DNA of 20,000 bases from Myxococcota bacterium. Lineage in GTDB: Bacteria; Myxococcota_C; UBA6777. A model generated the notes under the pieces. That model saw only the letters and a program-made list of their open reading frames with translations. It made no database searches and was not told the DNA's origin. This document shows positions 1 through 7,538 of the stretch, in pieces (the first letter of the stretch is position 1; every line of letters starts with the position of its first letter). The position numbers were made by a program, and so were the translations under genes. The stretch is taken from positions 50,830 to 70,829 of the forward strand of contig JAKLKB010000035.1 of NCBI GenBank assembly GCA_023150835.1, in the 5' to 3' direction.

Positions 1-873
1 CATAAAGATATTGCAGCGGAAACGGCCTGTGGCTTCGAGTTCATACGCAAAGTCTGTGTCCCATCGCTCGGTAAATTCTTTGAGGTTGCGAGGGGGCATG
101 ATCGGAGCAAGCAATTGAGAGACTTGTTCGCCTTGGAGGATGGGGATGTGATCGATGCGGCGCATCCGACCATCGACGCGGATCATGGGTTTTTCGCCGC
201 TGGAGATATGAAGGTCGGACGCACGTTCGCGAACCATCAGTTTAAACAGGCGATCGATCTCACGGGGGGCGGAGTGATCGACGCTTCGCAGGGCGCTGAT
301 GATGGTGCGTTCGCCTGTGCTCATCAGGTCTTTGTCTTCGCCGACAGCATGGCGAGGCGCGGTCGCAGGGGCTGGTTGCGCGAGTGTGTGGGCTTCGGAG
401 CCTTGGGCCGCGAGGGCGGGTTTGAGCAGGCTTTCGCCGTTGGGGGGGAGGGCGGTGGTGGCGCTGAGGCTTCCCGAAGAACCTTGTGCGGGGATCGGTG
501 AGTGGATGCCGGGCGTGCTGATGGGAGCGTGAAGGGCCGCGCTGTTGGCGGTGTTGCTTTCAGGGAGAAAGCTTTGGTGCAAGGTGAAGCGCGTACGGAT
601 CTCGCCTTCGCTGAATCGGATCTGGCAGCGAAAGATCCCAAGGTTGGTTTGGTAGTCGACACGGATTCGCCCCGTTTCTTCGAGGGTTTGGCGTTCTGCG
701 TCGGAGGCGATCTCGCGCAAGACGACCTGTAGCTCTTCGTTGGTGAAGACTTTGTCGAGCGTCTTGACTGTCTTTTGCTCTTGGAGGTAGGTCGGCGGAA
801 CGCCTGCGTAGATATGAAGTTCTTCTGCGCGCTTTTCGGCGAGCGGCTTGAGGAAACGGTCTATCGTCGCCAC
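1..873 (-). CDS. pilT: PilT/PilU-family type IV pilus retraction ATPase, 5' part only (runs off the window), with an extra degenerate N-terminal domain
   Basis: My own translation (not in the ORF track) is open from GTG at 873, preceded by GGAGAG. It reads ...EIDRLFKLMVRERASDLHISSGEKPMIRVDGRM...WDTDFAYELEATGRFRCNIFM, containing the PilT N-domain motifs ASDLH and RFRxN. The ATPase domain lies outside the window, so pilT versus pilU is not resolved. Confidence 0.88.
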   Translation of the reverse strand, partial: MATIDRFLKPLAEKRAEELHIYAGVPPTYLQEQKTVKTLDKVFTNEELQVVLREIASDAERQTLEETGRIRVDYQTNLGIFRCQIRFSEGEIRTRFTLHQSFLPESNTANSAALHAPISTPGIHSPIPAQGSSGSLSATTALPPNGESLLKPALAAQGSEAHTLAQPAPATAPRHAVGEDKDLMSTGERTIISALRSVDHSAPREIDRLFKLMVRERASDLHISSGEKPMIRVDGRMRRIDHIPILQGEQVSQLLAPIMPPRNLKEFTERWDTDFAYELEATGRFRCNIFM

Positions 874-930
874 GTTGCTTTCTCTCCATGTCGTGTGCTA
901 GGTTGCAAACCCGCGTGGAAGTTGCTTTTG

Positions 931-959
931 TTGACGGCACTCTGGGGGCCGAGTATAGT
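931..959 (+). promoter_or_regulatory. Putative sigma70 promoter for the 1043 gene
   Basis: TTGACG (931-936), 17-nt spacer, TATAGT (954-959), about 85 nt upstream of ATG 1043. Confidence 0.6.
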
Positions 960-1042
960 CCCGAGAGGCTTCGTTGTGCAAGAGTCCCAAGCTGCGTCCT
1001 TCGCTTTCGTGTCGAAAAGAATCAGGCATCAAGGATGGTTTC

Positions 1043-1687
1043 ATGTCTAGCGAAAAACGCCGTGGTTGGAGTTGGTTATGGGGGAAGAAGTCCGAAGCAC
1101 CCCCTGCCTCTTTGGAAGACGTAAAAACTCCCCCTGCATCGGCTTCTCCTGCGCGTCCTGCCTCTGTTCAAGCCATCACCACACGCTCCGAGACACGGCC
1201 TCTTTCGATCGCTGGGGCAAACGAAGAGTCCCTCAAGACCAGCGAGCTTGCACAACTCCAACTTAAGCGGGTGGTGCGAGCTTCGAGTGGAGAGTTGGTG
1301 GCGGTGGACCCTTCGTCGATTCGGATCTTGTTGGCGCACATGAACACGATCACGCAGATCTTGTTGCGCGGACAACTCGAAGACATCGGGTTTTTGGTCG
1401 AATCGTGCGATGAATTGCAACAACTCCCATTGTACCTTGCGCGCTTTGGACCCCCTCGCCTTGTGATCTTTGAAGCGGCACAGATCCGCGCATCGCTCAA
1501 GTTCTTTCGTGAGCAGACTTATCCGCTTTTGCAAAGTGCGTCGCTGCCGAGCTTGTTGGTTGGGACGGGAAAACTGCCCGAGCAAGATGCCGCATGGCGT
1601 GGCTGGTTTCGCGGGGGATTCACGCTCGAACAAGATATCGACGATATCTTAAAGCAAGTGCGCAAGATGACCAACGCCAAGCTCTAG
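1043..1687 (+). CDS. Hypothetical protein with a C-terminal degenerate (pseudo) receiver domain
   Basis: ATG 1043 follows AAGGA. A Pro/Ala/Ser-rich N-terminus is followed by RILLAHMN..LLRGQLEDIGFLVESC..PRLVIFE..LPSLLVG..DIDDILKQVRKM, which follows the REC beta/alpha pattern without the catalytic residues. Confidence 0.65.
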   Translation: MSSEKRRGWSWLWGKKSEAPPASLEDVKTPPASASPARPASVQAITTRSETRPLSIAGANEESLKTSELAQLQLKRVVRASSGELVAVDPSSIRILLAHMNTITQILLRGQLEDIGFLVESCDELQQLPLYLARFGPPRLVIFEAAQIRASLKFFREQTYPLLQSASLPSLLVGTGKLPEQDAAWRGWFRGGFTLEQDIDDILKQVRKMTNAKL

Positions 1688-1699
1688 TCGGGCCTTGCG

Positions 1700-2836
1700 C
1701 TATTGTTTTCCGAGGATTGTATGGGGAGCGGTTGGGGCGGTAGGAGCGGGGGTTGGGCGAGGCTTGGGCAGGGAGCGGGCATCGGCGACTTGGTTGGGAT
1801 CGAGTTTGAGTTTGTCGACGAGGTTTTTGTTGTAGATGCGCGCCCCTTCGAGATAATCGTTATGTTGGCTGACGATCAATGGAATGGCGGCGGCAAAGAA
1901 CACCAGTCCTCCTCCTGCGATGCTGAGGGGGATGTATTCTTGTTTGCGGAAGTCATCGCGGTTGACAAGGAAGAGATAGCCGCCAACGCCGATGGCAAGG
2001 GAGCCGAGGATCTGAAAGACGAGAGCGGTGGCTTGTTTGGCGGGGGCCGCGCTGATGGCTTTTTTGCTTTCGGGATCGCTGTTGAGTAGGTCTTCCATCT
2101 CTTTTTCACCGTAGCGACGGCGATTGATGCCGATGGTAAAGTATCGACCCGTCAGCGAGCTACCAAGCCAAGAGATGCGGTAGTCGAGATTGGCGGCGAG
2201 GTTGGGTTCGGGGATGCGGAGTTCGTAAGAGGCACCGCGCAGATCCGCAGGGAGTTTTTCAGCGATCTTGTAGCCGATGCGCTGTTGTCTCATGGTCTCT
2301 GTTTTGACAACCGTGTTCTCTTCGATGGTATAAGTTTGTGTACCGATCGCGATCTGTGTTCCTTTCGGAACTTCGGGCGGAAATGAACTGTCGTCTGTGA
2401 AGATGTTGTTGGGGGCCGCCATCCCACCGTTGCCTGAGTGAATGGTTTTCCATGCAACAGGGAAGGATCCTCGGATCTTGACGAAGACTTGGGGCTTGTT
2501 GCCCACGCGCAAACGAACCACCCGCGCAACGGTGTAGGCTCCACGATAGGGGCCTGAGTTGATATAGAGCGTGTCGCGGCCTCGCACGCCGGGGATCGGC
2601 AGCCTTCGATCGCGAAAGTATTGCGCCCCCGTGATCTCGCCATCTTTGCTGCCATGTTCCCATTTGAGGCGGCGCAAGGAGAACTCTTGTTTGCGTTCCG
2701 TCTCGTTACCTGCCATAAAGATCGTTGGGACGGGCGCTTTGGAGAGAGAACCCGTCACAGCACAACCTGTCTGGAGGAGGCCGAAAAGGGCAACGGCGAA
2801 AAGGGGCAACAGGTTTACACGTTCGCTACGGATCAT
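1700..2836 (-). CDS. Hypothetical lipoprotein with two C-terminal transmembrane helices
   Basis: ATG 2836 follows GGAG. Signal peptide ends LLQTG-C. Hydrophobic segments ALVFQILGSLAIGVGGYLFLV and YIPLSIAGGGLVFFAAAIPLIV; Pro-rich tail. Confidence 0.7.
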   Translation of the reverse strand: MIRSERVNLLPLFAVALFGLLQTGCAVTGSLSKAPVPTIFMAGNETERKQEFSLRRLKWEHGSKDGEITGAQYFRDRRLPIPGVRGRDTLYINSGPYRGAYTVARVVRLRVGNKPQVFVKIRGSFPVAWKTIHSGNGGMAAPNNIFTDDSSFPPEVPKGTQIAIGTQTYTIEENTVVKTETMRQQRIGYKIAEKLPADLRGASYELRIPEPNLAANLDYRISWLGSSLTGRYFTIGINRRRYGEKEMEDLLNSDPESKKAISAAPAKQATALVFQILGSLAIGVGGYLFLVNRDDFRKQEYIPLSIAGGGLVFFAAAIPLIVSQHNDYLEGARIYNKNLVDKLKLDPNQVADARSLPKPRPTPAPTAPTAPHTILGKQ

Positions 2837-2917
2837 GAACAGACGACTCCTTCCACAAACCAAAAACATCTTCGCCTTATCTCGTAGGATCCGAGCCTTT
2901 GGAGACCAAAAAGGGTC

Positions 2918-3670
2918 TTAAAGCGGCTCGTTCTTGAAAAGTTGCGCTTTGTTGTCGCTATTTTGGAGGGGATTGTCAAGAAGGATGTCGCGGATCACAT
3001 GATAAACTTTGGCCGAGGTCGCAAGGGCAGCGTGTCCACAGGGGATCTCGACATTGTGGGCTCCGTCAAGGCGGCTGCGCTCGGCAGGGCAAACGGCATC
3101 ATAGGTGCCTGCGATGGCGTGATAATTTGGGCCGATCGGAAGGGGGTCCGCTTGGAGTTCTTTGAGGAAAAAGTTGTCGGGGACCATCTGCCACACAGAG
3201 GGGGCCAACAAACCCATGACCGCGATCCCAAGCATCGTGATCCATGTGCCTTGGTGCGGTGTGCCGAGGGTGATCATCTTGCGTACAAATTGATGCCCGC
3301 TCAGCTTCTTGATGTAGTACATCCCGATCAATCCGCCCATGCTGTGGCCCACGACATCGATCTTTTCGAGATCCACCTCACGCAAGATCCGCTGGATCTT
3401 TTGGTGGATACGCAACGCAGAGCGTCGGATATCTCCGATGTTAAACACACCCAAGTCGATCGAAAACACCACAAAACCATCGCGCTTGAGCCGCAACTCC
3501 ATCGGCAACATCGCGCCGCGTGTTCCAAGAAAACCGTGAATCAACAAAACGGGCGGTGTATCGGGCGAAACACGATCATAAAAATCTCGCGACTGCAATG
3601 CGTTCCCGCGCTGGTACGTGTAGCGCAGATAAGTGATGATCTCGTTGATCTCTTCCAGAGAGATGTTCAT
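2918..3670 (-). CDS. Lipase/esterase, alpha/beta hydrolase fold
   Basis: PVLLIHGF oxyanion motif, GHSMGG nucleophile elbow, ITLGTPHQG, putative Asp (TYDAV) and His (CGHAAL); AAGGAGG before ATG 3670. Confidence 0.9.
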   Translation of the reverse strand: MNISLEEINEIITYLRYTYQRGNALQSRDFYDRVSPDTPPVLLIHGFLGTRGAMLPMELRLKRDGFVVFSIDLGVFNIGDIRRSALRIHQKIQRILREVDLEKIDVVGHSMGGLIGMYYIKKLSGHQFVRKMITLGTPHQGTWITMLGIAVMGLLAPSVWQMVPDNFFLKELQADPLPIGPNYHAIAGTYDAVCPAERSRLDGAHNVEIPCGHAALATSAKVYHVIRDILLDNPLQNSDNKAQLFKNEPL

Positions 3671-3781
3671 TCTCGCCTCCTTGACGACGCTGTCTTTGGC
3701 GTCCTTGCCTTCGTTTCTCAATACGCTGTGGGGTCTTTTGTCTGCTTTGTCCTCGGTGGTTCGGTGCAGATCGTTTGCTTT

Positions 3782-4237
3782 TTACGGACGAGGAGGCTCG
3801 TTTTCTAACCAGATCGTCACAGGACCATCATTGCAAAGAGACACCTTCATGTCGGCCCCAAAGATCCCTGCCTCAATACGCACTCCCTCGATCTGACGGG
3901 CGATCTCGACCAATCGCGAAAAAAGCACACGCGCTTCTTCGGGCGGCATCGCTTCTCCAAAAGAAGGGCGCCGACCCTTGCGACAATCTGCGTACAACGT
4001 GAACTGGCTAACCAACAGCAACCCACCCCCTACCTCCAAAAGGGAACGGTTCATCTTGCCCGCTTCGTCTTCAAAGATTCGCAATTGCATGGCTTTTTGC
4101 AAGAGCGCTTGGCCGATCTCTTCTTGATCGCCCTGACCTAGCCCCACCAAGATCAACAAGCCGTGCTCGATCTCTCCAACGATCTTTCCTTCCACACGCA
4201 CGGATGCACTCGACACCCGCTGCAACAACATCCGCAT
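3782..4237 (-). CDS. dtd: D-aminoacyl-tRNA deacylase
   Basis: MRMLLQRVSSASV, LRIFED..GKMN, SQFTL, KGRRPSF, FGADMKVSLCNDGPVT; AAGGAG upstream of ATG 4237. Confidence 0.96.
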   Translation of the reverse strand: MRMLLQRVSSASVRVEGKIVGEIEHGLLILVGLGQGDQEEIGQALLQKAMQLRIFEDEAGKMNRSLLEVGGGLLLVSQFTLYADCRKGRRPSFGEAMPPEEARVLFSRLVEIARQIEGVRIEAGIFGADMKVSLCNDGPVTIWLENEPPRP

Positions 4238-4297
4238 CCGCTCTTGGCTCCTTTTCTTTTTGAGAAGACTTCCGCATCTCAATGGTTTCGAGTGGCT

Positions 4298-4423
4298 GTG
4301 GGGTTGGAACCCCACGCCCCGCAAGGGAGCAAAGCCCCCTTGGCCCCGTGTTGGCGAACAGATCACTGTTTTTCCACTCCAACGGCTCTCGCTCGAACGG
4401 GTGCGAACACGGGGAGTTTTGGC
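4298..4423 (+). repeat. ~125-bp palindromic interspersed element, copy A
   Basis: Aligns over its length with the reverse complement of 6255-6379; hairpins GTGGGG/CCCCAC and CAAGGGAGC/GCCCCCTTG. Confidence 0.85.
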
Positions 4424-4487
4424 AACAAGCCACACGATATCCAAACGATGTCTACACAAAAGCATCGTGCGTAGACGTCCTGTAATA

Positions 4488-4540
4488 GGGCAGCCACAGG
4501 GGGCTGCCCCTACGTCTTTACGATCACACAACGGGCGGAT
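4488..4540 (-). repeat. GTAG-type REP with conserved flank, copy 1
   Basis: Reverse complement reads ATCCGCCCGTTGTGTGATCGTAAAGAC-GTAGGGGCAGCCCCCTGTGGCTGCCC; near-identical to 7365-7416 and 19047-19098. Confidence 0.85.
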
Positions 4541-4990
4541 ACCGCATCATACCTCTTTGATTGGGGGGCGCATCCTTGGCTTTAGAACGCACTGCTTTTC
4601 TTGCCTTCCCCAATCTACCCTGTTCTTCGTATCCGCTCCACCTGTTTTTCTTCCGCCACGCCCATCGCAAACCCACCCCTCCTTCTTTTTTGATCGCCAT
4701 TCGGTTAAAAAACGTTCTTTTTTATTGTTTGGTCGATTGATGCTAGGGGACCGATCGATAAGTGCAATCTTTCCCGACTCTCCGATATTTTGATCCTTGT
4801 GCGTCCAATCCGCCAAAAAACGCTCACGGCGCGGGAAACATTTTGGTACAACGATCTGTTCTCTATAAAAAAACTAGGTAATGCCGCTGCTCTTGGTGAT
4901 CTCCTTGCTGTCTGTTTGGATCTTGCTAAGTCTAGTTTTTTTGTAGTGTTTATGGATTGTTTTAAAAAATGGAACAAGGTGAACCAAAAT

Positions 4991-5018
4991 AAAAAGTTCA
5001 AAAGGTCTTGAACTTTTT
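4991..5018. promoter_or_regulatory. Perfect 11-bp inverted repeat (operator-like) upstream of the ECF sigma gene
   Basis: AAAAAGTTCAA-aaggtc-TTGAACTTTTT in an AT-rich region. Confidence 0.5.
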
Positions 5019-5122
5019 GAGCGCGTAGAGTATATACGTCAAGTAAGAAAGAAATTGGTTCATGTTTGAACGAATGAACGATTTGATAAGATGTTGAACC
5101 AAGCAAAAGGGGAGAGCAAGCG

Positions 5123-5911
5123 ATGAATACAGCACTTTTGGCATACAATGAGGCACAAACGGTCGGGATTACGGACTTGAAAGCGTTGTTGCGCCCTCAC
5201 ATGAGTGGCCGAGGTGCAGTCGGTCGCGAATTGGATCGGATGCGCCGACATGATGTGTATGAAACGCTAACAGACACAGAGTTGGTTTCGTTGGTGACGG
5301 GCGGTCAGCGCGAGGCATTTGGCGAGCTGGTGTCGCGTTATCGCAGCAAAGTGGGTCGTTTGGCACTCAAGATCACCAAAAATGAGATCGACGCACAAGA
5401 AGTTGTGCAAGAAGTGTTTTTGAGCGCTTTTTCAAAGCTGGATTCGTTCAAGGGCACGGCAGCTTTTTCAAGTTGGTTGTATCGAGTGGCCGCAAACGGG
5501 GCGTTGATGTTGTTGCGATCGCGTCGTCGAGAAAACCATGAATCGTGGGATGATCTGCAACCGCGTTACGAAGCGGCTCCACAGGTGGCGTTGTCAACGT
5601 CGGCAGATTGGGCGACACAGGCCGATCGTGTTTGCGAGCGCAAAGAGATCATCCGTGTGTTGGGCGATGAGTTCGAGCAGATCCCGGAGCGTTATCGAAC
5701 GATCTTGATCTTGCGCGAGTTGGATGGTCTATCGAACCGCGAGATCTCGGATGTTTTAGGGATATCGGTGGCAGCGGTGAAGAGTCGCTTGCATCGTGCG
5801 CGGATCGCGTTGCGCAAGCGCTTGGTTCAGTATTGGCCGGAAGTTGCGGAGTTTGGTCTCGCGCACAACGACGAAGACGACAGCGAAGAGTGCGAGATGG
5901 ATCTGGATTGA
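5123..5911 (+). CDS. ECF-family (RpoE-like) RNA polymerase sigma-70 factor
   Basis: Region 2: AFGELVSRY..DAQEVVQEVFL..FSSWLYRVAAN. Region 4: YRTILILRELDGLSNREISDVLGISVAAVKSRLHRAR. GGGGAG RBS; acidic C-terminal tail. Confidence 0.95.
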   Translation: MNTALLAYNEAQTVGITDLKALLRPHMSGRGAVGRELDRMRRHDVYETLTDTELVSLVTGGQREAFGELVSRYRSKVGRLALKITKNEIDAQEVVQEVFLSAFSKLDSFKGTAAFSSWLYRVAANGALMLLRSRRRENHESWDDLQPRYEAAPQVALSTSADWATQADRVCERKEIIRVLGDEFEQIPERYRTILILRELDGLSNREISDVLGISVAAVKSRLHRARIALRKRLVQYWPEVAEFGLAHNDEDDSEECEMDLD

Positions 5912-5965
5912 GCGACGAGCGTTGCGTGCGTTTTGTCAGTGTTGTGATCGTTGTGGTGTTGTGAG

Positions 5966-6127
5966 CGCTGCGGTGGGTTGGGCATCGCTGCGGTGGGTTG
6001 GGCATCGCTGCGGTGGGTTGGGCATCGCTGCGGTGGGTTGGGCATCGCTGCGGTGGGTTGGGCATCGCTGCGGTGGGCTGGGCATCGCTGCGGTGGGCTG
6101 GGCATCGCTGCGGTGGGTTGGGCATCG
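5966..6127 (+). repeat. 20-bp tandem repeat, about 8 units
   Basis: Unit GGCATCGCTGCGGTGGG(T/C)TG; 7 full copies at 5981-6120 plus partial copies at both ends; no spacers. Confidence 0.97.
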
Positions 6128-6254
6128 TGTGGCGAACGTTGATCGATCGGCTGATGTATTTGGTGCGGTGGGGTGGGTGATTTGGAGGGGGAGTTTGCGC
6201 GAAGGTCTTGGAATGACGATGCGTCGTTTCTATAGTGGGTTGAGTTTCGCGGTG

Positions 6255-6379
6255 GGCAAAAAACCGTGTTCGCGCTCGTTCAAGCGGCAGAGTCGTTGGT
6301 GTGAAAAACGGCTGTTCGCTCCGTCGGTACGGGGTCAAGGGGGCAAAGCTCCCTTGTGGGGCGTGGGGTGAAACCCCAC
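6255..6379 (-). repeat. ~125-bp palindromic interspersed element, copy B (inverted relative to copy A)
   Basis: Reverse complement GTGGGGTTTCACCCCACGCCCCACAAGGGAGCTTTGCCCCCTTGACCCCGT...GCGAACACGG matches 4298-4423. Confidence 0.85.
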
Positions 6380-6506
6380 CAAGCCTTACCGCGAAACAGT
6401 CCACGTGCGACGGCGCATACGAGGCGGAAGGGTCAAAGAACAAGAACAGCGATTTGTGCCGTGGGTTCGAGTCAAAGCGGCACCGCGCAGACCGAGGGAG
6501 ACAGCG

Positions 6507-7274
6507 ATGGGTTTTTGGAAGCGGTTGGTTCGGGTGGTGAAGGCGAATCTCGGTAGTCTCTTGTCCAAGGCAGAAGAGCCAGAAAAGATGTTGGAGCAGT
6601 TGGTGGAAGAGATGCGCGAACAGCTCCAAGAAGCCAAGCGTCAAGTCGCGTTGGCGATCGGGGATGAGAAACGCTTGCACAAGCAATGGATGGAAGAAGA
6701 CAAGCAAGCCGAAACGCGGGAAAGCCAAGCGATGCGCGCTTTGCAAGTGGGCGACGAAGAGCTGGCAAAAGCGGCGCTATTGCGGAAAAAACAGCACGAA
6801 GAGTTAGCGCGTGAGTATCAAAAGCAGTGGGAGATCCAAAAAGAGGCGGTCGAAAAGCTCAAGACCGCGCTGCATGCGCTCAATCAGAAGATCGAAGAAG
6901 CCGCTCGCAAAAAAACGCTGTTGCTTGCACGCAAACAGCGGGCGGAAGCCCAACAAACCGTTCAACAAACGGTGACGGGTTTGAGCGATCAATCGGCGTT
7001 TGAGACCTTCGATCGGATGGCCGAAAAGATCGATGTGCTGGAGGCGCAAGTTGAAGCCAACCACGAATTGAGCATGGAGATCCAATCGCAAGATCTGGAT
7101 GCGCGTTTTCGCAAGTTGGAAAGCCAACATCCCGATGTCGACGATGCGTTGGCTGCATTGAAAGCCAAGATGGCTGCAAGCCCCAAAGCGGCCGCAAAAG
7201 AGCCTGTCCAAGAAACCGCCAAAGAGGCGGTCAAAGAAAAAGAGCGGGTAATGCGGGACGAAGAACGCTGGTGA
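6507..7274 (+). CDS. pspA: PspA/IM30 family protein
   Basis: MGFWKRLVRVVKANL..KAEEPEKMLEQLVEEM..ALQVGDEELAKAAL..AFETFDRMAEKI..VDDALAALKAKM; GGGAG RBS. Confidence 0.95.
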   Translation: MGFWKRLVRVVKANLGSLLSKAEEPEKMLEQLVEEMREQLQEAKRQVALAIGDEKRLHKQWMEEDKQAETRESQAMRALQVGDEELAKAALLRKKQHEELAREYQKQWEIQKEAVEKLKTALHALNQKIEEAARKKTLLLARKQRAEAQQTVQQTVTGLSDQSAFETFDRMAEKIDVLEAQVEANHELSMEIQSQDLDARFRKLESQHPDVDDALAALKAKMAASPKAAAKEPVQETAKEAVKEKERVMRDEERW

Positions 7275-7354
7275 GGTGATACGGGGCGAAGAACGCTGGT
7301 GAGGTGATACGGGGCGAAGAACGCTGGTGAGGTGATACGGGGCGAAGAACGCTG
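7259..7354 (+). repeat. 28-bp tandem repeat (3.4 units) overlapping the pspA stop codon
   Basis: Unit CGAAGAACGCTGGTGAGGTGATACGGGG at 7259, 7287 and 7315, partial at 7343. Confidence 0.95.
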
Positions 7355-7364
7355 ATGGTACGAG

Positions 7365-7416
7365 ATCCGCCCGTTGTGTGAGCGCAAAACGTAGAGGCAG
7401 CCCCCTGTGGCGGCCC
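7365..7416 (+). repeat. GTAG-type REP with conserved flank, copy 2
   Basis: ATCCGCCCGTTGTGTGAGCGCAAAAC-GTAGAGGCAGCCCCCTGTGGCGGCCC. Confidence 0.85.
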
Positions 7417-7538
7417 AAATACAGGGCTGCTACAGCAAATCGTGCCGACGTTTGGGGATGTTGTGAAGAGGCAGGGGGGAGTGCGGAGGAAGCGTTGATC
7501 GACCTGTTGAATCGGGGTTATTTGTACGCCGTCCAAAG

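Noticed and set aside
4447..4479. Additional hairpin GATGTCTAC...GTAGACGTC next to REP copy 1
   Set aside because: Single imperfect copy in the window; it cannot be established as a repeat family.
4238..4531. 98-aa N-terminal extension of Dtd in the ORF track
   Set aside because: It runs through REP and palindromic elements; the canonical start with an RBS is at 4237.
5966..6127. CRISPR array
   Set aside because: Units are head-to-tail with no unique spacers and no cas genes; the same applies to 7259-7354.
5649..6746. Long ORFs crossing the 20-bp array (365, 191 and 92 aa)
   Set aside because: They are open only because the repeat lacks stops; they overlap real genes and translate as repeat-derived peptides.
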